Shown here piece after piece: positions 33,149-43,200 of a DNA stretch of 64,000 nt. This stretch comes from a virus. Its lineage: Duplodnaviria > Caudoviricetes. Within the stretch, counting starts at the first letter, position 1. Every line of letters starts with the position of its first letter. Location of the stretch: IMG/VR virus record IMGVR_UViG_3300005545_000008, positions 7,529 to 71,528 of that record, one strand, 5' to 3'. A program made the translations under genes and the position numbers. The notes beneath the pieces were generated by a model that was not told the DNA's origin, ran no database searches, and saw only the letters and a program-made list of their open reading frames with translations.

Positions 33149-34408
33149 ATGAAGATAGAAAAAGCTCTATTGACTGCCACAGAGAATGAGATCAATATTA
33201 GTGTACCTTTCACTAAATTTGACAAGGCGAACAGAAAAGTTTCTGGGTTTGCTACTCTAGACAACATTGATCAATCTGGTGATGTTTTAACATCGGAAGC
33301 CAGCATTCAGGCATTTGAACAATTCCGTGGAAACATCAGAGAGCAACATGACAGAAGCAAGGCCATCGGTAAAATGGTTAGCTTTCAACAACAAGACTTT
33401 TATGACCAAGAGACCAATAAAATGTACAGCGGTATTTATGTTACCGCGTATGTATCAAAAGGAGCACAGGACACTTGGGAGAAAGTACTTGATGGCACTC
33501 TTAGTGGATTTTCTGTCAAGGGTGCAATTGTAAAGCAGCATACAGAATATATCCCACAAGAAGATAAGTCTATTCGTTTTATTGATGCCTATTCGTTAGA
33601 AGAATTGAGTCTTGTAGACTCTCCTTGCAATCAACTTGCTAATGTCTTTTCTATTGAGAAAACAGCTGATGGCGTAGAAATTAACGTCACAAATGAAGTT
33701 AATCTAGAAAACGTCTTTTGGTGCGACGAAGACGCAATTGCTGTACTAAGTGAAAATGAATCTGCTAATTGCAGCAAGTGTGAGACTCCAATGAAGAACG
33801 CAGGTTGGTTTGAGTCTGTCGCCGGAGAAGATAAGGTAGAAAAGATGAAGGAAGTATTGATTGCTTCTGGATTTACAAAAAGCGACAACGATCTGCGTGA
33901 AATGAAAGGAGGTCCAAAAATGGCGGATGAAGTAAAAAATGATGAAGTTGTAGAAAAGGCTGCTGAAGATACAGTTGAAGAAGTTGTAGAAGAGGTAGAA
34001 AAGTCAGCTTCAGAAGAAGTTGAAGATGGTACAGAAGTTAAAGAACCAGATCTTCAGGGAATTGCAAAGGCTCTTGATGAGATTAAGGCTACACTTGCAG
34101 GCGTAACAGCGGCAGGTAGTGAAAAAGAAACAGCCATTGCAGATATTAAGACTACCGTAGAAGGTGTGCAGAAGAGCGTTGAGACACGCATGGAAGATCT
34201 TCTAAAGGCACACACAGAACTTGCCGACGACTTTAAGGCACTTAAGGAAGGCCTAGGTGGTGTTGAAAAAAGACTAAACATGGTTGAGTCTTCTTCAGCT
34301 ATCAAGAAGTCTGCGGATGTTGAGACTGGCTCCACATTGGAGAAGTCACACAAGCAAGAACAAAAGCCCTTCTGGTCAAATGCATTCCTTCCTAATGAGC
34401 TTGACTAA
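33149..34408 (+). CDS. Prohead protease with C-terminal scaffold-like coiled coil
   Basis: GFATLDNID, IREQH, GFSVKG, ELSLVDSPCN; acidic helical C-half. Confidence 0.88.
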   Translation: MKIEKALLTATENEINISVPFTKFDKANRKVSGFATLDNIDQSGDVLTSEASIQAFEQFRGNIREQHDRSKAIGKMVSFQQQDFYDQETNKMYSGIYVTAYVSKGAQDTWEKVLDGTLSGFSVKGAIVKQHTEYIPQEDKSIRFIDAYSLEELSLVDSPCNQLANVFSIEKTADGVEINVTNEVNLENVFWCDEDAIAVLSENESANCSKCETPMKNAGWFESVAGEDKVEKMKEVLIASGFTKSDNDLREMKGGPKMADEVKNDEVVEKAAEDTVEEVVEEVEKSASEEVEDGTEVKEPDLQGIAKALDEIKATLAGVTAAGSEKETAIADIKTTVEGVQKSVETRMEDLLKAHTELADDFKALKEGLGGVEKRLNMVESSSAIKKSADVETGSTLEKSHKQEQKPFWSNAFLPNELD

Positions 34409-34441
34409 GAATAAAAATATGGAAAGAAAGGAGAGTTATAC

Positions 34442-35434
34442 ATGAGCGAAAATATTCTTGAGAAAGTAATTCGTACTACCGAAGTTGGTTCGGGTGGTGG
34501 TGGTCTACTTGCTCCAGAACAAAGCAATAAGTTCATCGACTATATGTTTGATGCTACTGTTATGCTTAACGACTGTAGAACCATTAGAATGCGCTCTGAA
34601 GTAGCAGAAATCGACAAGATTGCAATTGGTCAGAGACTAATCCGTGCAGCAACAGAAGCGGTCGACACTGGTGAGAACGTTGGTGTAACATTCAGCAAAA
34701 TCTCTCTAGTAACTCGTAAGATTCGTCTAGACTGGGAACTTTCAAGTGAGTCACTTGAGGACAACATTGAAGGAGATGCCCTTGAAGACCACATTGCTAG
34801 ATTAATGTCTACACAGTTTGGTAACGACCTAGAAGATCTTGCTATCAATGGTGACACAACATCATCAGACAAGACTCTGAAGATCTTTAATGGTTGGTAC
34901 AAGCTAGCCCTAGCGGGTGCTCACGTTGTAGATGCTGGTGGTGCACAACTTGACCTACCAATCTTCAACAAGGCTCTAAAGGCTATGCCAAGAACATATA
35001 TGCAAAAGCGTGTCGGTTTGAAGTTCTACACAGGCTCAAACTCAATTCAGGATTACCTATATGCTCAGGCACAACAGGGTAATGGTGCATGGACAGGTCC
35101 TATTTCAGATAGAATTAGAGAGCAGGGTCCAGTACGTACTGAAGGTGCTAATGGATTTGTAGCCGGACGTCCGTTCGGTGTTACATTGCAAGAAGTTCCA
35201 TTGTTCCTAGAGTCAGAAAATGCAACTTACTCAGGTGGTACAGGTGACCACGGCCACGTGGAACTAACATTCCCGCAGAACCGTGTAATGGGTATCAAGC
35301 GTGAAGTGCAGGTATTCCGTGAGTTCCAGCCAAAGAAGGATGCGATTGAATATACAACATACATCCGTGCTGGTGTAAACTGGGAAAACCTAGACGCAGC
35401 AGTTATCGTTAAGAACGTTAAATTAGCAGCGTAA
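34442..35434 (+). CDS. Major capsid protein (HK97 fold)
   Basis: GGLLAPEQS..FIDY, RLDWELSSESLEDNIEG, DLEDLAINGD; strong RBS and codon bias. Confidence 0.93.
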   Translation: MSENILEKVIRTTEVGSGGGGLLAPEQSNKFIDYMFDATVMLNDCRTIRMRSEVAEIDKIAIGQRLIRAATEAVDTGENVGVTFSKISLVTRKIRLDWELSSESLEDNIEGDALEDHIARLMSTQFGNDLEDLAINGDTTSSDKTLKIFNGWYKLALAGAHVVDAGGAQLDLPIFNKALKAMPRTYMQKRVGLKFYTGSNSIQDYLYAQAQQGNGAWTGPISDRIREQGPVRTEGANGFVAGRPFGVTLQEVPLFLESENATYSGGTGDHGHVELTFPQNRVMGIKREVQVFREFQPKKDAIEYTTYIRAGVNWENLDAAVIVKNVKLAA

Positions 35435-35451
35435 TATAAGTTTGGTCGGTG

Positions 35452-35476
35452 AAAGCAGGACTACGGTCCTGCTTTT
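35452..35476 (+). terminator. Intrinsic terminator after capsid gene
   Basis: AAAGCAGGAC-TACG-GTCCTGCTTTT. Confidence 0.85.
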
Positions 35477-35512
35477 CCCATTTCTATGATACAATCAATG
35501 ACGGAGGTAATA

Positions 35513-35878
35513 ATGTCATTTACAAATATGAAATTAGAAGATCTGCAAAAAGCAGCACATTTTTTTGAAATAGAAATAACAGAAAATGATACCAAGAAAG
35601 AAATTATACTAAAACTGCAAGAGAGTGGCAAAACATATGCCATGTGGAAGAGATTCACAGAAGGTGAAGAAGAGGCTAAACCAAGTGAGGTTGAATTCAA
35701 ATCTACGTTATTGCTTAAGATGACTAGACAGAATCCTTCATTTGAAGTATTGGGATATAAATTTACTAGATCACACCCATTTCAAGTTATGCCTCAAGAA
35801 GATGCTCAAAGAGTAATGGATTTGTATGATGGCTTTGCAATCGCAACTCCAGATGAAGCGAAATCTTTCTATAGTTGA
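35513..35878 (+). CDS. Small head-associated protein with HeH/Rho-N-like N-terminus
   Basis: GGAGG RBS; LEDLQKAA..F.I......KKEII..L. Confidence 0.7.
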   Translation: MSFTNMKLEDLQKAAHFFEIEITENDTKKEIILKLQESGKTYAMWKRFTEGEEEAKPSEVEFKSTLLLKMTRQNPSFEVLGYKFTRSHPFQVMPQEDAQRVMDLYDGFAIATPDEAKSFYS

Positions 35879-35949
35879 TAAAAGTCCCTCAAGCAGGGGC
35901 TTTTGCCTTTTCTGGGGTGCTATGTTAAAATGACTGTGGTGAACTATAA

Positions 35950-36840
35950 ATGAAAGAACTTTTAGTAAATAATTTATCTACGGTAGAATATATAATATAT
36001 GTAGATGGAATAGAAACAAATGCTGATGGATCAGTAATCGCAAAGGCATTTTTAAATGGTGCTACAAGTAGTACTACTCTTACAGTAACTTCCCCTTCTA
36101 CTGGAAAATACAAGGCTCTAGTGCCTATGTCTATGGTTCTGGAGGAAGGCGAGGTTAGAATAGAGTGGTCGTTTGCTTTACAGTCTAATCCAGTAGTTCT
36201 TTCAGAATATTATGCAGTAGTGACACCGTACGCCCCTTGGAGTTATTTTAAGGGTAAAGCACCTTACGCTGATTATCTAGAATGTGAGCGTGTAGCCAGA
36301 AAAGTTATTGATTGGTATTGTGGTCAAACTTTTGGAAAAATAGATGCAACATATTCAGTAGAAGGATCAGATACTAACGGATTAAGACTACCAAAGAGAT
36401 TGATATCTCTAGTTGAGGTAAGATGGGAAGATGTATACACCAATCCTTCAGTTATAGTCGCGCCAAGTCCTTACGATGGATGGGTTGAGTATACTTGGGA
36501 AGTTGTAGCTGATGGATGGATTTTAAGAACTCCTAGATCAAGAAAGAGAATTGATGCTGTTTATCCATCAATATTTTCATTCAAGAGAAATACTACCTAT
36601 AGCGTAGAAGGTATGTGGGGTTATAGCTCTGTTCCTACAAATGTAGAAGAAGCAGCTAAAATAATTATTGCAAATCTTCTCTGTAAAGATCAAAAATATA
36701 GAGATAAATATCTAGAATCTATTTCAACCGGGGACTGGGATATTAAGTTTATGAAAGATGCCTTTGAAGGAACAGGAAGCGTAACAGCAGATCAGTTGCT
36801 CAAAGATTATAGAATGTTCCCAGGAATAGGAGTAATCTAA
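35950..36840 (+). CDS. Head-tail adaptor with N-terminal Ig-like domain
   Basis: ARKVIDWYCGQTF...GMWGYSSVP..VEEAA..II..L; position after capsid. Confidence 0.8.
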   Translation: MKELLVNNLSTVEYIIYVDGIETNADGSVIAKAFLNGATSSTTLTVTSPSTGKYKALVPMSMVLEEGEVRIEWSFALQSNPVVLSEYYAVVTPYAPWSYFKGKAPYADYLECERVARKVIDWYCGQTFGKIDATYSVEGSDTNGLRLPKRLISLVEVRWEDVYTNPSVIVAPSPYDGWVEYTWEVVADGWILRTPRSRKRIDAVYPSIFSFKRNTTYSVEGMWGYSSVPTNVEEAAKIIIANLLCKDQKYRDKYLESISTGDWDIKFMKDAFEGTGSVTADQLLKDYRMFPGIGVI

Positions 36841-37286
36841 TGCTCGGAGGATGTCTTTTTTCTACGCGATATACAATGACAGCCGAAGTATACAGAAAAG
36901 ATCGTACCACTACAAAATCTGGTCAGGTAAAATCAATATGGGTATTGGATACAACTGTAGGAACAGCCGGGGTTATAGATTGTATAGTCATGCCATTCCT
37001 CTCTGATAGTTTTACAAGACAAGGAACTGGAGAAGAATTTGGAGGAAAATATCTAAGCATTGAATTCCTACAGATGACAAGTGGGGTCAATCTGCCAAAG
37101 AGCACTCAAATAGCTAATATAAAAAATAAAGCCGATGGTGTTCTCATCTATAAAGATCTGGAATTTAATCCAACCCCAGGAACTTGGTTTAATACGTCGG
37201 GTTCTGCACCAGTCATAGGTCCGTTTGGTGAAATATCAGAATATAAGACCTTATTATCAAGAGCGGAGACACAAGGTGGTGTTTAA
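36840..37286 (+). CDS. Head-tail stopper
   Basis: Synteny; TAATG coupling. Confidence 0.65.
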   Translation: MLGGCLFSTRYTMTAEVYRKDRTTTKSGQVKSIWVLDTTVGTAGVIDCIVMPFLSDSFTRQGTGEEFGGKYLSIEFLQMTSGVNLPKSTQIANIKNKADGVLIYKDLEFNPTPGTWFNTSGSAPVIGPFGEISEYKTLLSRAETQGGV

Positions 37287-38100
37287 TATAAAAGCAGAGC
37301 TTGATAAATTTAGAGAAGTTGGGGTCGCTGTTAGTACTATCGAGGCCACATTGAAATCTGACAGACATGTAAGTTCTCTTATTAAAGCGGCACACGAAGT
37401 GACAGCAGGTGAGTTCGTTGCACACATGTCAGGAGAGGCCTTGAGGAGTCCACAGACATTATCTCATATGTATGAGTGGGGTCAGGTGGGCGACCCAAAT
37501 GGAAAACTGTGGAGACACATTATGAAGGGCAATGGAGCCAATAGATCTGCTTTCTTTGAATTCAAAGCCTCGAAGAAGATAGTGCCCGTCGATCCAAGAT
37601 TACAAACTGTTGGAGTAAAAAAGATACATGTCTTTGTATGGAAAGCTATGGTTTTAGAAAATGGTCTTCCAGTAAAGATATCCCCAAAACTTGCTAAGTA
37701 TCTTGTATTTATCTCAAAAGATCAGACATCAAGAGCATCAAGTTCAGGAAACGGATTTGTAAAAAATGGTATTGTATACTTTAAAGGAACAATCTCAATC
37801 GCGAGAGCTGGAAATCAGAGAATCAATGGTTCATTTACTAGGGAGTGGACTGAATGGTGGAGGAGTGGCCAGCCTGAATTAGCAATCAGGAAGAATCTAA
37901 CAAAACCAGCGCTTGATGCAATTAAAAAAACCTTTGCTGAGAAAGTAAAGAGTTTTGCTAATTTAAAGGAAAAAGAAAAGAACTTTACAATTACAGCAAT
38001 TGTTCCAGATAGATTGATGGAGCAAAAATTTCAAGAAACCTTACAGAAAAATTATATAGCAGCAGCTGCTAGTAGAAGGAGTCTGATGGAAGATGGCTGA
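37279..38100 (+). CDS. Neck/tail-completion protein
   Basis: LSHMYEWG..G.P.GKLW motif; synteny; start GTG 37276 or 37279. Confidence 0.65.
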   Translation: MFNIKAELDKFREVGVAVSTIEATLKSDRHVSSLIKAAHEVTAGEFVAHMSGEALRSPQTLSHMYEWGQVGDPNGKLWRHIMKGNGANRSAFFEFKASKKIVPVDPRLQTVGVKKIHVFVWKAMVLENGLPVKISPKLAKYLVFISKDQTSRASSSGNGFVKNGIVYFKGTISIARAGNQRINGSFTREWTEWWRSGQPELAIRKNLTKPALDAIKKTFAEKVKSFANLKEKEKNFTITAIVPDRLMEQKFQETLQKNYIAAAASRRSLMEDG

Positions 38101-38692
38101 TCCAAAATGGAAAGAAAAGTATGGTGATTCTCCAGTATATTCCATTAATAAATTTATTCAAGATAAACTTATTGAGATGGAATTTATTGATATGACAAAG
38201 TATGTCAGTGATTTTACTGGGGATGCGAATACAGTTCTTCCATTCCTAATACCTGGGCAAGAATTACCTGAAGTAGAAACTATCTATGATCAAGATGGAT
38301 ACAAGGATCTAGCATATGGAATTTACTCAGTATCACATAGATACAGCCCAGATGAACCATATATGATGTGTGGACAGATATCTTACACATTCTATCATGG
38401 AGATATAGATACATTGATGGGTCTGGCTGATTATATTGTTGATATATTGTCAAGAGAAGATTGGGCAGCAAATGATATAAATTATCATTTTAGATCAGAT
38501 TCGACATATCCATTTGAATTCAAAACAGTATGTGTACTTACTTCTGCTGGACCTGCACCCTCAGAAGACGAGGGTGGAAGAAATTCCTTTATGATTGTAG
38601 TAAGATATGACACTACTTATGAAGGCACAGGAAGAACATTTACCATGAATCTTCCTAATGGATCTATTTATATAGAGCAAGGCATGAGATAG
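38093..38692 (+). CDS. Tail terminator
   Basis: Acidic; immediately upstream of tail tube. Confidence 0.65.
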   Translation: MADPKWKEKYGDSPVYSINKFIQDKLIEMEFIDMTKYVSDFTGDANTVLPFLIPGQELPEVETIYDQDGYKDLAYGIYSVSHRYSPDEPYMMCGQISYTFYHGDIDTLMGLADYIVDILSREDWAANDINYHFRSDSTYPFEFKTVCVLTSAGPAPSEDEGGRNSFMIVVRYDTTYEGTGRTFTMNLPNGSIYIEQGMR

Positions 38693-38779
38693 ATTTGCAC
38701 AATAATTCTTGCGATGAGATAATTTACTTTAGGAAGAATGCAAGACTTTAAGGATATAAAATAGGAGGTGAAATTCTAA

Positions 38780-39487
38780 ATGGCAAGACAGGATCGTAAT
38801 ATTCTTGTTGGAGCTGCTGCGGTATTCCTTTCAACAGATGACTCAACAGAGGCAGGATGGGACACAGTAGCGTTACCAGCAACATCAAGTGGTGTTCCAT
38901 ATGCAGACACCCTGAGAAATGATGCGGATTGGGTGTACACAGGTTATACATCAAACGGTGTTGAATATACATATACCCCTTCTTATGGTGAAGTAGAAGT
39001 TGACCAGTTGCTTGACGCTGCGAAGTTGTTCAAGCAGAAGATGACTGCTTCAGTTAAGACTGAATTTGCTGAGGCTACACTAGAAAATCTATTGGTGGTT
39101 TGGGCACAAGGTGGATCTTCACTAAGATCACCACAGGGTAGTCCAACAGCGGTAGACCTTACTGGTAGAACAGTAGATCAGACAAAAGACTTTAATGGCG
39201 TTACAGTTCCAGCGGACGAACAAGTTCTAGGTATGGAAGCTGGTGCGCTTGGTATTGACCCAGTAGAACGTCAGTTAGTGTTCGTTGGTAATGCACCACG
39301 TACAGCCGTAGGTAATAAGAAGAGAGAGCGTATTTATCACTTAAGACGTGTTATCTCTGTAGAAGCATCTACGCACGGTCTAAAGCGTAATGACTCAACA
39401 CGTTTCCCAGTTAATTTCCGTTTGCTACCTGCTGAAATATCAGGTGCAGAATATGGAACAATTAGAGACAGAGTAATTACTCCGTAA
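38780..39487 (+). CDS. Major tail (tube) protein
   Basis: NILVGAA.VF, GYTSNGVE..Y.P...EVEVDQLLD, AEATLENL. Confidence 0.85.
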   Translation: MARQDRNILVGAAAVFLSTDDSTEAGWDTVALPATSSGVPYADTLRNDADWVYTGYTSNGVEYTYTPSYGEVEVDQLLDAAKLFKQKMTASVKTEFAEATLENLLVVWAQGGSSLRSPQGSPTAVDLTGRTVDQTKDFNGVTVPADEQVLGMEAGALGIDPVERQLVFVGNAPRTAVGNKKRERIYHLRRVISVEASTHGLKRNDSTRFPVNFRLLPAEISGAEYGTIRDRVITP

Positions 39488-39499
39488 TTTACTTAAGCG

Positions 39500-39528
39500 A
39501 GACCCCTACCAAACGGTAGGGGTCTTTG
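39500..39528 (+). terminator. Intrinsic terminator
   Basis: AGACCCCTACC-AAAC-GGTAGGGGTCT-TTG. Confidence 0.8.
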
Positions 39529-39586
39529 CTATTTGCACATTTGGTTACCCCATGTTAAAATTATTTCATAAATGAAAGGGGTTTAA

Positions 39587-39907
39587 ATGACCAAGAAGGT
39601 TTATGAAGAAGACCAGGTAAAGCTACAAGGGTGGCAAAAACCAATTGTAATTAGACCATTAGTTATTAAACAATTTAGAAGAGTAGCAAAAGTTTTAGAT
39701 AATATTACAAATCCAGATGAAGAACACAAGGATTCAGTAGTTGTAGATATCTTGCTAGAGGCTACAGCAATAGCAATGGAAACATTTGAACCAAAGCTAT
39801 CTAAGGTTGAAGACCTAGAAAATCATGTAGACATGGCAACAATGGAACATATTCTTAATGTTGCAACGGGCGTGAAGCTAAACGACCCAAATCAGACAAC
39901 GGCGTAG
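39587..39907 (+). CDS. Tail assembly chaperone (short form)
   Basis: Between tail tube and tape measure; ends ...LNDPNQTTA. Confidence 0.8.
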   Translation: MTKKVYEEDQVKLQGWQKPIVIRPLVIKQFRRVAKVLDNITNPDEEHKDSVVVDILLEATAIAMETFEPKLSKVEDLENHVDMATMEHILNVATGVKLNDPNQTTA

Positions 39908-40215
39908 GCGATGAAATAGATTTAGTCGATTTAGAAGCTGAAATCTTATATTGCTATCCAGGCATGTTTAAGAATTTTGATGATCTGGAAGCAAATCTTA
40001 CAAGGCAAGAGATCGTTAAAATGCTAGAGAAATCGAGAGAGAAAAAATATGATGATCAAAGATTTGCAGCGTCCTTGAAAGGAATAGATCTTGAAGAAGG
40101 ACGATCCACAGAATTTGATGAAATCAAACGTCGCGCCGAAGCAAAAGCAATGGGAATATCCGAAGAGCAATATGAACTCTCAGGGCATTTCAATATTATA
40201 GTAGAGGATGAATAA
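39886..40215 (+). CDS. Tail assembly chaperone -1 frameshift extension
   Basis: Slippery C CCA AAT at 39886-92; the -1 frame is open from 39859 to TAA 40215. Confidence 0.75.
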   Translation, partial: PKSDNGVGDEIDLVDLEAEILYCYPGMFKNFDDLEANLTRQEIVKMLEKSREKKYDDQRFAASLKGIDLEEGRSTEFDEIKRRAEAKAMGISEEQYELSGHFNIIVEDE

Positions 40216-40271
40216 GAATTACTGAAAACATCAGCATAAGGTTTACCGGCTCAGCCGATTTTAGCCAGGCG

Positions 40272-43200
40272 ATGGCAGAGCTTAATGCTCTTAATGCTAC
40301 AGCCGGAAATCTAGAGAAACGACTACAGACTTTAGGCACTAGTCGTTTAGCTGGTGGTACTCTTATTCGTGATTTACAGTCTGTCGCAGCACCTAAATTC
40401 CAATGGGATGAGGGTTTGCGACAGACTGATCTATTTGTAAAGAATCTACATCGTGGCAAGATGGAACTCCAAGGAATTACAGATTTCATGGAGAAATATA
40501 GAAATCAATCTAGAGATATTGCAGAGAATCAAACTAGACTTGCGAATGCAGTTTCTAGAACAGGCTCAAGTGGACAGACCCAGATGTATCTTCCATCAGT
40601 CTCTGATGTTAGAAACTCTACTATGGCATTAGAAGCCAATAATAGACAAATAGGTATTCAAAATGAGATGCTTAAGGTTGCCTCTACTGAAGTTCAAAAC
40701 TGGGGTAAGAATATGCAGTGGGCTGGTAGACAGCTCATGGTTGGTTTCACTATTCCATTTGCAGCAGCAGCAGCCGCTGCTGGTGTTTATGCTTATACTA
40801 TTGATAAAGAGATAACCAACATTGCTAAGGTTTATGATGGAGCAAAAGAAGAAGTAAAAGGACTAGCAATGTCTACCTCGCAATTTGTGACATCAACAAT
40901 GGGAGCAACTTCTAAAGCCACATTGGATGTTATGGCACAGCTTGCTGCTGTTGGTTTAAAGGGTGAAGAACTAAAGCAGTCTACAATAGAAGTTCAGAGA
41001 TTGGCAACACTTGGTGAAATGGATTCAAGTGTTGCAATGAAATCAGTTATTGCTTTACAAGCAACATTTAAAATGTCTGTTAAAGACACAGCAAATGCTA
41101 TCAACTATATGAACTCTGTAGAAAATGCTACATCTCTACAGATGCAAGACTTTGCTGAGGCTATTCCAAGAGCAGCGGCTCCAGTTGCCCAATTGGGTGG
41201 AAGTTTGCAAGATCTTGGTACAATTCTAGTTGCATTAAAGGAACGTGGTGTAGACGCAGCCGAAGGCGCGAATGCTATTAAGACTTTAATGAACAGATTG
41301 ATTAATCCTGCTGAACAAACAAAGCAGGCGTTTAAGTCATTAACTGGAAAAGATTTACCTGAGTTTATCAAAGAAACAAAAGGCCAGTTGATGCCAACTA
41401 TGCAGAAACTTTCTGAAATCATTCACAACGGTAATCTTAGCCTCCTAGAGCGTCAGCAGCTTATTGGTAGATTGGGTGGTGCCTACCAGGTAACCCGCCT
41501 AACAGCAATTTTAGATGGGTTGTCTGATAAAGGTGGCCAAGTCGAGAAGGCCTTCCAAGTTGCCGCAGAAGGCGAAAGCAAGTGGGCTGCTGTAGCAGCA
41601 CAGGAGCTTGCAACAAAGACTTCAAGTATATCAGGTCAATTTACAATTGCTGTTCAGAATTTTAAGAATCAACTTCAAGGTTTTGGTGAGGTTGCACTTA
41701 AAATGGCAACAGGATTAATAAACATAGTAACAGATATCTTTGGAGCATTAAATAAACTACCAGACGGACTTAAGCAAGTTCTCATTTTTGGTGCAAGCTT
41801 TTTAGCCGTAGCTGGTCCTCTAGCTATGCTTGTTGGTATTTTTGCAAACTTCGCGGGTACGATTGGTAGAGGTGTTGCTTGGATTTCTAATCTTAGCTCT
41901 AAGCATAAGAGCTTAACTATTGAACAGAAGGCTGCTGCAATAGCTTCTGGTGATCTGAAGAATAAATTTATGTCAGAATCAGAAACTGTTCAAGTACTTG
42001 TTTTCCAGCTGGAGAAGCTACAAAAGGCATATCTTGAAACTGCACAGGCTTCAGCAGTGGCTAGTACATCATCAGTAAAAACAGCACAATCTCAGAATCT
42101 AATGAGAGCTTCAGATAAAGCTCTTGATAGAGAAAGAGCTGAAGCACAAAAGCTTGCATTGCTTATGTCTCAGCAGCAAGAATTTGTTAGTAGGAATAAA
42201 GGTGTTCCGAGCCGTGGTGAAATCGACCAAGCGGAAAGAATGGCTTATTTAGAACAAGCAAGAAGAGATATACTTGCTAATCCAAAATATACTGCACAAA
42301 AAACAGGTGCGATTTTCGATCCTGAAATGCGCAAGAAATATGATGATCTTGGTAAAGAAATGGCTACTGCTGATGGAATGCTTCTTGCCGAACAGAGGAA
42401 GCGTCAGAATGCATATCTTGATCAGCAAAATAAATTAACGCAACAGATTAAAGATCAAGAGAATGTCCTGACTGGAGCTATTAAACATAGATCGCAAGTC
42501 ACTAGAGAAGCATTAGCTGCTGAAAATGCAATGCTTATTACTGGTCTAAAGGAACAGGCAGGACATGCCGCTGCTCTTTCACAAGCACGTACTGGTTCAA
42601 ATCCAAATGAAGTTATGTTCAATGGAGCAAGATATTTCCAGTCAGCTGGTGCATGGAAGAAAGAAATGGACGGCAAGATAATGGCTGCCCCAGTTGAAGA
42701 AGCAAAGGCTTTAAATTCTGGATTCCAAACAGTTGCAACAACAACTGGTAAAGTAGCGGATAATATTGAGAAGTCTAGCATAATGACTAAAGTATTTAGT
42801 CAGGAAGCTTTGCTTGCTGTATCTGCTGTTACAGCCATTGGTGCTCAGGTAGCAGGAACAAATAGTGGTCTTGCATCATGGCTAAACTGGATTGCCATTG
42901 GAACTGGAGCATTATCAATAATGATGCCTCTATTCGAGAAGATAAATCTCTTTTCAAGGACAAGCAACTTTTTTGAGAATATGCTAGGCGGCCCTGATGG
43001 AGGTAAATCAAAGATCGCCAAGTTGGGTTCAAATCTTATGGAGAAAATGTCCACTTTTGGTAAGGCAGCGGCAGGATTGTTCTTTAATCCATGGACTCTT
43101 GCGGTTGCAGCAGTAGGTATTGGAGCATTTGCAGTCTACAAACTTGTTACCGCTGAAGGCGAAAGAAATCTTGAACACATGCAGAGACTTGCAAATACAA

